Below are positions 1-9,473 of a stretch of DNA of 64,000 bases, piece after piece. How positions within the stretch are numbered: the first letter of the stretch is position 1; each line of letters opens with the position of its first letter. Location: contig CBDETY010000003.1 in the NCBI GenBank assembly GCA_965243025.1, forward strand, positions 4,512,001-4,576,000, written 5' to 3'. The notes below the pieces were generated by a model, which saw only the letters and a list, made by a program, of their open reading frames with translations, was not told where the DNA came from and ran no database searches. Position numbers and translations under genes: made by a program. The stretch comes from Candidatus Latescibacterota bacterium (lineage in GTDB: Bacteria > Latescibacterota > UBA2968 > UBA8231).

Positions 1-396
1 CTCGGCGGATCCGGCGCCAGGGTAATCGGGGTCGAGCCGGAGCTGGCGGGGGACGCCAGGGCGAGCTTCGAGCGCGGAGAGATCGTCGAGTTCGAGCTGG
101 CGCAGACGCGCCGGACCATGGCCGACGGCCTGCGCGCCACCCGCGTCGGCGCGGTCACCTATGCGCACATGAGGGCGTTCGTCGACGACGTGGTCACCGT
201 CAGCGAGGAGGAAATCGCCGAAGCGATGCGGCGCATCCTCCTCGACGCCCGCCTGGTAGCCGAGCCGAGCGGCGCCGTCGCGGCGGCCGCATGGATGTTC
301 CGCCGGGACCGCCTGCCCGCCGGCGAGACCGCTGCCGCCGTGGTCAGCGGCGGCAACGTCGAACCGGACCTGCTGGCGCGGATACTGACAGGGTGA
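1..396 (+). CDS. PLP-dependent threonine/serine dehydratase family protein (C-terminal part, 5' truncated by window)
   Basis: Frame open from base 1: VIGVEP...TMADGL...LVAEPSGAVAAAA...VVSGGNV, typical fold-type II PLP dehydratase motifs. Confidence 0.85.
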   Translation, partial: LGGSGARVIGVEPELAGDARASFERGEIVEFELAQTRRTMADGLRATRVGAVTYAHMRAFVDDVVTVSEEEIAEAMRRILLDARLVAEPSGAVAAAAWMFRRDRLPAGETAAAVVSGGNVEPDLLARILTG

Positions 397-569
397 GGGC
401 AGGTCCGGACCCGTGAAAAACCCCGGGGCGGCCCTCCTGCCGCCCGCCTGTGCCCCTTCCCCTCCGGTTTTCCGTGGACTTCCGGGAACCTGCGGAGGAG
501 ACGGCCTGCCCCCGTTTCTGCCCGCGGTCCCCGCTCCCGCGAGCCCCGCCCTCCACGTTCTGTAAACCG

Positions 570-1868
570 ATGCCCATTTCGATCGCCGCGGCCCTGAGCG
601 GTTTCCACCTGCGCGAGTTCAACCGCAACGTGCGGCTGTTCTTCCTCTACGGCATCTCGATCAACGCCGGCATGGCGCTGTTCACGCTGCTCTACAACCT
701 CTACCTGCTGCGCCTGGGGTACCAGGAGGACTTCATCGGCCAGGTCGCCGGCATGGCGCCGCTGGCGACCGGACTGCTCGCCCTTCCCGTGGGCATGCTC
801 AGCGACCGCTTCGGCCGCAAGCCGTTCCTGGTGGGGTCGAGCCTGCTGCTGACCGTCTCGCAGCTGGGGCTCTGCTTCGCCGGCGCCCCCGGGGCCCTGC
901 TGGCCTTCTCCTTCGTCGGCGGCCTGGGCTCGGCCTGCATCTGGGTCAACCACGTCCCCTTCCTCTCGGACAACGCCCACCCCTCGCGGCGCGCCGAGGC
1001 GCTGGTGATCTGGACCGCCCTGCAGGTCGTGATCCGCATGCTCCTCAGCATGGCGGGGGGCGTCATGCCCGGGGCCCTGGCCTGGTTCCTCGGCGCCTCC
1101 ACGGAGATGCCGGAGCCGTTTCGCTACTCGCTGTTGCTCGGGGCCTTCTTCTCGCTGGTTGCGGCGCTCCCCCTGCTCGCGGTCGAGAGCAGGACCCATC
1201 ACCAGGTTTCCGCCGCAGCGCGCCCCGAAGAAGCGGACGCCGGCAACGGCCGGCCCTGGCGCGTCTGCACCGCCATCGCCGTCCTGAGCGCCGGCCGCGG
1301 CTTCTCGATGGGGCTTACCTACCCGTTCTTCAACGTCTTCTTCGAGGAGGAGCTGCAGGTCGGGCCCGCGGCGATCGGGGCGATTTTCTTTCTCAGCCAG
1401 CTCGTCAGCCTGCCCACCACCTTCGGGGCGCCCTCCCTGGTGCGCCGGCTGGGGCCCACCGCGGCGATCCTCTGCGCCCGCTGCATCGGCGGCGGCGCGG
1501 TCGCCGTCATGGGAGCGGCCATCAGCCTGCCCGTGGCGGTGGCGATGTTCCTGCTCGTGCGCGCCGGCGAAGTGATCGACAACCCCTCCGACCAGCACTT
1601 CTCCACCCAGGTTCTGCCGCGCCGCTACTGGGCCCGCATCCAGGGGTTCCGGGTCTGCGGGTTTCAGATCTTCAACTTCGCCGGCAGCATCTTCGGGGGG
1701 ATGCTGATCCTCGAGCACGGGTACTGGGCCGCCTTCGGACTCGCGGGGGCCGCGCGCATAGCCAGCGGCGCGATCATGACCGCCTTCTTCGGGCTCGCGC
1801 CGCGGCCGGACCACCGGTTTTCTCTCGAAGCGGACCGCACTTCACGAGTCCGCCGGCAGCGACGGTAG
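570..1868 (+). CDS. MFS transporter
   Basis: About 12 hydrophobic segments; MFS motif A GMLSDRFGRKP; start moved to ATG 570. Confidence 0.85.
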   Translation: MPISIAAALSGFHLREFNRNVRLFFLYGISINAGMALFTLLYNLYLLRLGYQEDFIGQVAGMAPLATGLLALPVGMLSDRFGRKPFLVGSSLLLTVSQLGLCFAGAPGALLAFSFVGGLGSACIWVNHVPFLSDNAHPSRRAEALVIWTALQVVIRMLLSMAGGVMPGALAWFLGASTEMPEPFRYSLLLGAFFSLVAALPLLAVESRTHHQVSAAARPEEADAGNGRPWRVCTAIAVLSAGRGFSMGLTYPFFNVFFEEELQVGPAAIGAIFFLSQLVSLPTTFGAPSLVRRLGPTAAILCARCIGGGAVAVMGAAISLPVAVAMFLLVRAGEVIDNPSDQHFSTQVLPRRYWARIQGFRVCGFQIFNFAGSIFGGMLILEHGYWAAFGLAGAARIASGAIMTAFFGLAPRPDHRFSLEADRTSRVRRQRR

Positions 1869-2064
1869 CCGCGCGAGAGCCGATACCGGGGCAGGACTCA
1901 CTGCCGCGACGGCACGACTCCGGAACCTGACCCCATCGCGGCGACTGCGTTGATATCCGTGCCGCCGGGCCCCTACCTTGTCGCCGTTCCCGGGAATTGC
2001 GGAGCAGCCATTTCCTTTCCGCAGGGTACCGCCGCCCCGCGGATTCACCAGGGAGAGAAATCCC

Positions 2065-3030
2065 ATGCCGCTGACCGAAAGCCAGCTCGCCGACTTCAGG
2101 CGGGACGGCTACATCCTGGTGCCGGACCTGTTCTCCCCCGCCGAGGTCGGGGCGGCTCTCGAGGAGATGGAGAAGATCTTCTACGGAAAGAGCTTCCCCG
2201 GGCACCTCGCCGCCCTCGACGCCGGTGCCAAGGCCGACTCGGTCGAGCCGGTCCCCACGGTCGCGGTGCCCCATTACGGCAACACCGAGCACGGGCGCGC
2301 CCAGTTTCCGACCGGGGCGGACGCCCTCGACAGGCTGATCGAGAACGACGGGTACCTCGACGTCTTCGAGCAGTGCCTGGGAGCCGAAGCCAGCTACTGC
2401 AACGCCCACCTGTTCATGCGCTCCGGCCCCACCGACGAGCGCCACGCCGAGCATCTCTGGCAGGGATACCACATCGATCACTACACCAACTGCTTCCTGC
2501 CCCCGAGCCGCGCCGTCGGCGCCTTCGACTACGTCAACAGCGGCGTCTACCTGCACGACGTCGAGGAGGACGGGGCGCCCATGCACGTGATACCCGGTTC
2601 CCACCGCCAGGTGGTCGAGCTGTTCCCGAGGCTGGCCGCCGAGGGCAACCTCACCTCGGGCAGCGTCGGGGACATCCGCAAGGTCCCGGAGTTCGCCGCG
2701 CCGGTGCCGACCACCGCGAAGGCCGGGTCGGCGCTGTTCCTCTCGTCCTATCTCGTGCACGCCGCCGTCCCCTTCCGGAACCGGCGCATGCAGCGCGCCT
2801 TCTGGACCCTGTCGATGTGCCGCGCCGACACCAGCCGCTGGACGAAGCTCGCCAACCCCTGGACCGGTCCCGAGCGGGAGCACATCAAACCGTTCTGGGA
2901 AACCACCACGCCGCGGGTGCGGACCTTGTTCGGATGGCCGCCTCCGGGCCACCCGTACTACGACGGCGAAACCCTGGCCAACCTCGAGGTGCTGTTTCCG
3001 GACCTCGACCTGGCGCCGTACTCCGGGTAA
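2065..3030 (+). CDS. Phytanoyl-CoA dioxygenase (PhyH) family Fe(II)/2OG oxygenase
   Basis: LTESQLADFRRDGY start, YHID (HxD), VIPGSH, distal HAA; GGAGA upstream of ATG 2065. Confidence 0.85.
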   Translation: MPLTESQLADFRRDGYILVPDLFSPAEVGAALEEMEKIFYGKSFPGHLAALDAGAKADSVEPVPTVAVPHYGNTEHGRAQFPTGADALDRLIENDGYLDVFEQCLGAEASYCNAHLFMRSGPTDERHAEHLWQGYHIDHYTNCFLPPSRAVGAFDYVNSGVYLHDVEEDGAPMHVIPGSHRQVVELFPRLAAEGNLTSGSVGDIRKVPEFAAPVPTTAKAGSALFLSSYLVHAAVPFRNRRMQRAFWTLSMCRADTSRWTKLANPWTGPEREHIKPFWETTTPRVRTLFGWPPPGHPYYDGETLANLEVLFPDLDLAPYSG

Positions 3031-3072
3031 GCCAGACTGCTGAAACACTCGACCAGAGCCGCGGTCCGGGCC

Positions 3073-3885
3073 CTATCCGCGCGCGAACTCCGGGAACAGC
3101 TCGTCGTGGATCTGCGCCGCCTGCCGCAGGTGGACCATGCGGCTTTCGCCGGCGGTGTCGACCATGGTGGGATAGAACATGCCGGCGCCGGTGTCGACCT
3201 TGTTCCTCCCCGGAGAGTGGATGGAGAGGTACTGGCGGGCGAGGTCGTGCTCCTCCGGGGTGCGGGCGTGCCGGGTGCAGTTCATGGTGAACATCCGCCT
3301 GCGGCCGCCGCCGCCGAAGGACGCGTGGTAGAGGTCGTGGTTGAAGATGACGACGTCTCCCGGATCGGTTTCGATGGCGACGTTGCCGGGGAACTCGCTC
3401 TCCGGGACTCCGAACAGCTCCTCGGAATCGTTCGGTCTGATCTCCTCCTTGCGGACGAAGTGGTCGGGGCGGTGGCTGCCGGGAATCACCCGCAGACAAC
3501 CGCTGCCTGCCCGCAGCTCGTCGAGGTAGAAGGCGGTCTTGGTTGCCCACAGCTGCCCCCAGTTGCCGTCGGGATGCCAGCGGGTGTCGCCGGCGTAGTA
3601 GTTGCCGTCGCCGCTGCAGTAGTTGAAGTCCTCTCCGATCACCCCCCCGATCAGGCCGCGAACCCCCGGGTGGTCGAGGAGGGTGCACATCTTCGGAGTG
3701 TGCTCGATCGGGCCGCCGAACATGGTGCGGCGGCTGCCGTCGTGCTCGCTGCCGCCCCCGCAATTCCGGATCGACCACTCGAACTCCTCGGTGACCCACC
3801 CGACTTCGGCGGGGGACAGGAGCTTGCGGACGATCAGGTATCCGAAGGTGTGGAAGTGCCGCAGCTGCTGTTCGTTCAGTCGCAT
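3073..3885 (-). CDS. PhyH family Fe(II)/2OG oxygenase
   Basis: MRLNEQQLRHFHTFGY, WHPD, VIPGSH, PGDVVIFNHDLYHA, RRM; GGAG RBS. Confidence 0.85.
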   Translation of the reverse strand: MRLNEQQLRHFHTFGYLIVRKLLSPAEVGWVTEEFEWSIRNCGGGSEHDGSRRTMFGGPIEHTPKMCTLLDHPGVRGLIGGVIGEDFNYCSGDGNYYAGDTRWHPDGNWGQLWATKTAFYLDELRAGSGCLRVIPGSHRPDHFVRKEEIRPNDSEELFGVPESEFPGNVAIETDPGDVVIFNHDLYHASFGGGGRRRMFTMNCTRHARTPEEHDLARQYLSIHSPGRNKVDTGAGMFYPTMVDTAGESRMVHLRQAAQIHDELFPEFARG

Positions 3886-3896
3886 GTCAACTCCAT

Positions 3897-4772
3897 TCAC
3901 TGTTTTCCGCCGGCGGCCGGACCGATGGCGGCCAGCGCCTTGCGCAGGTACGCCGCGTCCGCCCTGGCCCACTCCTCCAGGTTCGGCGGCGAGCTTTCCG
4001 CCCAGCCCACCTGCCGGATGATCGCCTCGTCGAAGCGGTACTCGGTATGCACGGTCAGCGGGCCGTCGAAGCCGAAGCCGCTCAGAATGCCGAGGCATCT
4101 GTCCCAGTCGACGCACCCCTCCCCCACCTTGACGAAGCAGTGGTTCCAGGGCGGCCTCCTCTCCGGCTCGCGGCGGTACATGGCGTCCTTGATCCCCACC
4201 ACCGAGAGGTGAGCCCTGATCATCGCCAGCCCCATCTCCCAGTCCTCGCCGTCGAGGGCGAGGTGGCCGAGGTCGGGATAGGCGCCGACGAGACGCGGGT
4301 CGAACCCCCGGACCAGGTGCATCAGCCCGGCGCAGTTCGAGCCGATGCAGGCGCCGCTGTGGACCTGGTAGCAGGTCTGCACCCCGTGTTTCCCGCTGAG
4401 CCTGGCGAAGCCCTCCAGGTCCCGGCGCGCCGCGTCGACGGCCCGCCAGTAGTCGTCCCCCGGGGCAAAGCGCCAGAAGCCGATCTTCAGCCGCGGGACA
4501 CCGGCCTCGGCGCAGGCGGCGTACAGGCTTTCGGCGCCGGGAGCGTCCGGATCGACGAAGTCCGTGGCCGCGGTCGCCAGCGGACAGGACAGCCCTTGGC
4601 TTGCCCACACTGCCACCGCTTCGGGAAGCTCGGCCGCGGCGTTGCCGGGGTGGACGGGGTGGCCCGGACGGACGCAGACGTCGATGCCGTCGTACCCCAG
4701 CTCGAGCGCCTTGCCGCCCAGCTCCGGAACCGGCAGGCCGGAGAAGAACTTCGAGTTCAGGACTATCTGCAT
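3897..4772 (-). CDS. Sugar phosphate isomerase/epimerase (xylose isomerase-like TIM barrel)
   Basis: ELGYDGID, DLGH, IKD, GEGCVDW, FDGPLTVHTE. Confidence 0.8.
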   Translation of the reverse strand: MQIVLNSKFFSGLPVPELGGKALELGYDGIDVCVRPGHPVHPGNAAAELPEAVAVWASQGLSCPLATAATDFVDPDAPGAESLYAACAEAGVPRLKIGFWRFAPGDDYWRAVDAARRDLEGFARLSGKHGVQTCYQVHSGACIGSNCAGLMHLVRGFDPRLVGAYPDLGHLALDGEDWEMGLAMIRAHLSVVGIKDAMYRREPERRPPWNHCFVKVGEGCVDWDRCLGILSGFGFDGPLTVHTEYRFDEAIIRQVGWAESSPPNLEEWARADAAYLRKALAAIGPAAGGKQ

Positions 4773-4899
4773 GTTGTCTCAGCGGGAGCCATGGTTAAAT
4801 GGGGGTGTGCGATGACAGGCCGAACGCCCCTCGCCCCGGGAATCCGGGGCGCCCCGTTTCATCGCCGCCCTGCGCCTGCGGGAACCGGTCGGCCCCGTG

Positions 4900-5751
4900 C
4901 TATTCCGGTTTCCGCTCGACCGGGCCGGACGGGCCCACCAGGACGACCTTGCCCCAGGTCGAGTCGTCGTCGCCGTTTCCGTAGAGCACGAAATGCCCGC
5001 CGTAGGGGCCCCCGTCCGGATCGGTGTGGACGATCTCCAGGCTGTACAGGTCGCCGACCTTCGGCGGCCGCCAGTCGGGGTCGCTGACGCCGAAGGTGGC
5101 GGCCATGTCGACGCGCGCCTCGAGAACGAAATCGCCCGTGCCGCCCCCCCGGGGATCGAGCCGCACCTCGTAATCGACCGCCGCCTTCGGGAGCGGCTCG
5201 TGGATGTAGGTCGTATCCGCGGTGCCGTGCATCCACCAGGCTCCGTAGTCGGGCTTGCGCGGATCGATGACGAAGCAGAAACCGTTGTCCCCCTGGCTGA
5301 ACGACTCGGGCGCCTCGTCGCGCGGCGCCTCCATGTACCAGGCCACCGCGTCCATGTACCACCAGCGGTTCCTGCCCGGCTCCGGGTCGTCGACGTCGTT
5401 GACGTTGTCCCAGCCCTCGGCGCCGAGATACAGAAACTTCCTGTCCCAGGCGATGTAGTAGCGGGCCCGCAGGTCCTCCCCGGGGGAAGGCTCGTCCCCG
5501 TGATCGGTGAGGCGGTTGATGCGGGGATCGAACCAGGGAGTGTAGCGCAGCCGCTCAATGTCCCAGACGCCGTCGGTGTAGGACAGCTCCTTCCATTCGG
5601 CGAGGTCGCCGTCGATGGCCGGGGCTTCGAGCAGAAGCGGCACGTGCATGGTGAAGTCGGCGGCGCTGGGGCCGGCCGGGGAGGCCGGGGCAGCGGTGAA
5701 CGCGGCGACCAGCGCCGTATTCACCGCGGCGGTCCGGAAATGGTTTCGCAT
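4900..5751 (-). CDS. Secreted protein with CBM9/DOMON-like sugar-binding domain
   Basis: Signal peptide-like N-terminus; APAIDGDLAEW, IAWDRKFLY, D-x-D pattern. Confidence 0.6.
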   Translation of the reverse strand: MRNHFRTAAVNTALVAAFTAAPASPAGPSAADFTMHVPLLLEAPAIDGDLAEWKELSYTDGVWDIERLRYTPWFDPRINRLTDHGDEPSPGEDLRARYYIAWDRKFLYLGAEGWDNVNDVDDPEPGRNRWWYMDAVAWYMEAPRDEAPESFSQGDNGFCFVIDPRKPDYGAWWMHGTADTTYIHEPLPKAAVDYEVRLDPRGGGTGDFVLEARVDMAATFGVSDPDWRPPKVGDLYSLEIVHTDPDGGPYGGHFVLYGNGDDDSTWGKVVLVGPSGPVERKPE

Positions 5752-5949
5752 CCCAAAGTCTCCTGTCATTCAACTGGAAGCGGCTGGCAATCCAAACCAC
5801 AGGCAAGGATTCTCCCGGTTCGAACCGGGAGGATCGAGTAAGCAGCGCCGGGAAATCCGCGGTCCAATCCCCATGGGGGACCATAAACGAGATCCGGGTG
5901 CCCTGTGGAAATATTGGCAGTGCGGCAGGGAAGCCGCCAGTAGGACGGC

Positions 5950-6954
5950 TCAGTCCTTGTCGGAAAGGGAATCTTCGCCGCGAGGGCCCGGTTCCAGGGA
6001 TGCCTTGATGCGGCCCCAGGAGACGGATTGCACCGCAGAGTCGACTGACTCACCGCCGGGGCCGAGCAGCAGACCGTCCACCCAATTGCCGGCTTGTCTG
6101 CCGATACCCTCCCAGTTGGGTTCGCCCAGCAGGTAAAAAGCACGCGGGCCATGTGGTTCGACGTCATGGTCATGGACATTGACATCAAACCCGATGACGC
6201 TTCCCCCCGCAAACCGGGATACGACACTCTCCTCCGGGGGGCCCAGGTGATGCAGGCGGTCAAAGCTGGTGACGAAAAACTCGATCAGCCAGACCGTGGG
6301 GTTCCCGCCCAACACACTCCCTCCCCCCCGGGCGAACGGGGGATGTATCATCCAGTCGACCGGTTCGTTGGTGATCCCCTCCAAACCAATCGCACTATCC
6401 GTAGTATGAGGCAAACTGACCATCGGCCCGGCAGGGACGCGGGAAATCGCGCTGTATCGTTGGGCCTGGCTGTTCGTCTTCAAAGCCTCCTCGGGCTCAT
6501 CGTGCGACGCGAGAAACAGATATTCTCCCCCGGTGTGATCTCCGTCGATCAGAAAACTCATGCTGTCATGGGCCTCGAAAATAAAGTTGGGGAATTCGAG
6601 AGGGTCGTATTCGTTCACGTACACATCGTCGGCAAACTCGCCGGCGACATGGATCCGGCCGTCCCGGCTCCATCCCATCCAGATGCGGAAATCGAGGTTG
6701 GCCGGATCGAGCCGGTCGTACGAAGTCGTCTCAGTATCGGACCACAGGTTGAAGTCGAGGGGCGTCAGGGTCGGCTCACCGACGGCATCCAGCCAGTCCT
6801 CCACGCTGCCGTCGTCCAGGTCGAGGCGGGCCAGGATTTCCTCCGAGAGACAGGGGATCGGAAACAGACGGTCGCCGACATGGGCGGCTACCGGGGCGGC
6901 CTCAGCCCAGGTGGCCGCAGCTGCCAGGAGGAATATGCAGCGGCGTTTCGCCAT
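5950..6954 (-). CDS. Secreted CBM9/DOMON-like protein with C-terminal SAVQSVSWGRIK motif
   Basis: Signal peptide ending PVAA-H; DGSVEDW, IWMGWS, IDGDHTGG, IGFDVNVHDHD; central part lower GC. Confidence 0.6.
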   Translation of the reverse strand: MAKRRCIFLLAAAATWAEAAPVAAHVGDRLFPIPCLSEEILARLDLDDGSVEDWLDAVGEPTLTPLDFNLWSDTETTSYDRLDPANLDFRIWMGWSRDGRIHVAGEFADDVYVNEYDPLEFPNFIFEAHDSMSFLIDGDHTGGEYLFLASHDEPEEALKTNSQAQRYSAISRVPAGPMVSLPHTTDSAIGLEGITNEPVDWMIHPPFARGGGSVLGGNPTVWLIEFFVTSFDRLHHLGPPEESVVSRFAGGSVIGFDVNVHDHDVEPHGPRAFYLLGEPNWEGIGRQAGNWVDGLLLGPGGESVDSAVQSVSWGRIKASLEPGPRGEDSLSDKD

Positions 6955-7104
6955 GGAAGAACCGGGAGCATCGATCATCGGGGAGCTCGGCGCCGATCCT
7001 GCAAGCGGATCCTTCAAAGCAGCAGAAAAGGTCGGCCCTCCGGGGCTCATCCAACAAGTGGTGCTTTCGTCACACTGCGGGGGTGTATCGTATCTTGATG
7101 AGCC

Positions 7105-9462
7105 GTGAAAAAACCTGTTTCTAAACGAAACCGGGCAAGCCGCCCGGGAACTGCGGCCTCGGGAATTCGATCCCCGGGAATCGGAAAAGCTGGCCGGCTG
7201 CTGGCCGCCTGGATGCTGCTGGCGGCGGCAGGCGCACAGGCGGCCACCCTCGGCGGCTTCGTGACCGACGCCGAGAACGGCGAGGTCCTGCCGCTGGCCA
7301 CCGTCGCGATCGAGGAGGTGCGGCTGGGGGCCCTGAGCAACAGCAGCGGCTACTACGCCGTAAAGGATATCCCGGCAGGCACCTGGGGGGTGTCGGTGTC
7401 CTACATCGGATACAAGACCCTCCGGGACACGCTGCGCTTCGAGGCCGGAATCGACGTGCGCCGGGACTGGTCCCTGACCTGGCAGCCCATCCGCGAGGAG
7501 GCGGTGGTGGTGGAGGTCGAGCGCGAGGAGGAGCTGGAGCAGGCGACCCAGAGCAGCTTCATCGCCCTGCAGGTAGAGCCCCTGCAGCAGATGCCGGCCG
7601 TGGGCGAGGCCGACCTGCTGCGCAGCCTGCAGCTGCTGCCTGGCATCCAGTCGGCCTCCGACCTAACCAGCGGCCTCTACATAAGGGGCGGCGGGCCGGA
7701 CCAGACGGCGATCCTCCTCGACCACATCCCTCTCTACAACCCGTCCCACCTCTTCGGGTTCTTCTCCACCTTCAACCCCGACGCCATCAAGGACGTGCAG
7801 CTCTACAAGGGGGCCTACCCGGCGAAGTACGGCCGCACCCTCGGGGCCGTCCTCGACGTGGCCAACCGCGAGGGCAACCGCCAGCGCTTCAGCGGACGCG
7901 GCGGCATCAGCCTCATCTCCAGCCGCCTGCTGGCCGAGGGGCCGATCGACGGCGGCTCGTGGATGGCGGCCGGACGACGCACCTACCTGGAGCCCGTCTT
8001 CAGCGCCGTCCGCGCCTTCGACGTCGACCTCCCCATCAGCTACTACTTCTACGACTTCAACGGCAAGATCAACCAGCGGCGCGGAGACGACACCTTCACG
8101 CTGAGCACCTACATGGGCCAGGACGACCTGCGGGCCGAGTTCTTCCGGGAATCGTCCAGCGCCGACACGTTGAGCACAGACCAGGAAGACGTAGAGGAGT
8201 CCTTCGCCGACCTGCGCTGGGGCAACCGCGCCGTGACGGCGCGCTGGACGCGGGTGTTCTCGCCCGATCTCTTCGGCCACTTCATGGCAGCCGGCTCCTA
8301 CTACGAGAGCGTCCTCGACTTCAGCGTGTTCAACACCCCCTTCACCGTCGTCAACAGCATCCGCGACCTGTCCTTCAAGGGCGACCTCGACTACTACGCC
8401 CACCGGGACCACACCCTCACACTCGGCCTCCTGGCCACCCTTTACAGGTTCCACTTCGCCCAGAGCTTCAACGGCGAGGAGCAGGACGACCTGCGCCAGG
8501 GCTCGGTGCTGATCTCGGCCTACGTGCAGGACGAGTGGGAGCCCGACCCGGTCACGCGGCTGCGGCTCGGGGGGAGGGGCGCCTGGTTCAGCGAAGGCCG
8601 CCGCCTGCATTTCACACCGCGCCTCTCCCTCAGCCGGGCCCTCACCGAGAAGGTGCGCCTCAAGCTCGCCGGGGGGATGTACCGCCAGTACCTGCAGCTG
8701 ATCACCACCGAGGGCTTCACCGGCGGCGACGGCTGGGTCCCCCTGGACGACAGCGTCGAGCCCGGTCGCTCCTGGCAAGGGGTGGCGGGCGCCGAGTGGA
8801 ACCCGTCGCGGACCTGGCAGTTCACCGTGGAGGGCTACTACACGGACCTGGCGAACCTCGTGGTCCTCGACACCGCCGTGGCCGCCGACAGCGAAGCCGG
8901 GAACTCCGAGGAGATCTTCGTCAGCGGCGGCACCGGCTGGGCCCGTGGGGTCGAGCTCTTCCTGCAACGGCGCTCGGGGCCTCTCACCGGCTGGGTGGGC
9001 TACACCCTGGGCTGGACGCGGCGCACCTTCCCGGAGCTGAACCAGGGGCGCGCCTTCCCCCCCAAGTACGACCGCCGCCACGACCTCTCCTTCGTCGTCT
9101 CCTACCGGGCAGGGAAGTGGCGCCTGGGCTCCAACCTCGTGTACGCCACGGGGCAGGCCTTCACCCCGGCCTCGGTGCGCTACTCGCTGCGCGAGCCGAC
9201 TACCGGCGTGGTCGAGGACTACGTGCTGCCGTCGCGGCGCAACAGCGGCCGCCTGCTGCCCTACCACCGCCTCGACGCCAGCGTCACCCGGGACCTGACG
9301 CTGTGGGGCCTGGAATCCGAGCTCTTCCTGCAGGTCTTCAACCTCTACAGCCGGCGCAACGAATGGTTCATCCAGTACTCCACGGACGAAGCCCGGACGC
9401 GGGGGGAGGTGGTCCAGCAGCTGCCCATCGTGCCCACCCTGGGCCTGAACTTCACTTTCTGA
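7105..9462 (+). CDS. TonB-dependent receptor with N-terminal carboxypeptidase-regulatory-like domain
   Basis: GFVTDAENGEVL, VSYIGY, LQLLPGI, YIRGGGPDQ, KGAYPAKYG, LPYHRLD, terminal Phe; exact start uncertain. Confidence 0.9.
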   Translation: MKKPVSKRNRASRPGTAASGIRSPGIGKAGRLLAAWMLLAAAGAQAATLGGFVTDAENGEVLPLATVAIEEVRLGALSNSSGYYAVKDIPAGTWGVSVSYIGYKTLRDTLRFEAGIDVRRDWSLTWQPIREEAVVVEVEREEELEQATQSSFIALQVEPLQQMPAVGEADLLRSLQLLPGIQSASDLTSGLYIRGGGPDQTAILLDHIPLYNPSHLFGFFSTFNPDAIKDVQLYKGAYPAKYGRTLGAVLDVANREGNRQRFSGRGGISLISSRLLAEGPIDGGSWMAAGRRTYLEPVFSAVRAFDVDLPISYYFYDFNGKINQRRGDDTFTLSTYMGQDDLRAEFFRESSSADTLSTDQEDVEESFADLRWGNRAVTARWTRVFSPDLFGHFMAAGSYYESVLDFSVFNTPFTVVNSIRDLSFKGDLDYYAHRDHTLTLGLLATLYRFHFAQSFNGEEQDDLRQGSVLISAYVQDEWEPDPVTRLRLGGRGAWFSEGRRLHFTPRLSLSRALTEKVRLKLAGGMYRQYLQLITTEGFTGGDGWVPLDDSVEPGRSWQGVAGAEWNPSRTWQFTVEGYYTDLANLVVLDTAVAADSEAGNSEEIFVSGGTGWARGVELFLQRRSGPLTGWVGYTLGWTRRTFPELNQGRAFPPKYDRRHDLSFVVSYRAGKWRLGSNLVYATGQAFTPASVRYSLREPTTGVVEDYVLPSRRNSGRLLPYHRLDASVTRDLTLWGLESELFLQVFNLYSRRNEWFIQYSTDEARTRGEVVQQLPIVPTLGLNFTF

Positions 9463-9473
9463 GGCAGATCGCG

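Noticed and set aside
397-569. C-rich intergenic tract (and similar spacers at 1870-2060, 31590-31750, 54790-55010) as ncRNA or repeat
   Set aside because: Only short hairpins or shared words; no recognisable RNA family or convincing repeat unit
4900-4960. STWGK near the C-terminus as a second WGxIK sorting tail
   Set aside because: Followed by VVLVG strand; fits the terminal strand of the CBM9-like fold and lacks the AV prefix
7959-9473. Long N-terminal extensions in the ORF track (also 51080, 13782, 28863, 33378)
   Set aside because: Arg/Pro-rich off-frame read-through of the neighbouring gene; real starts with RBS or signal peptides lie downstream
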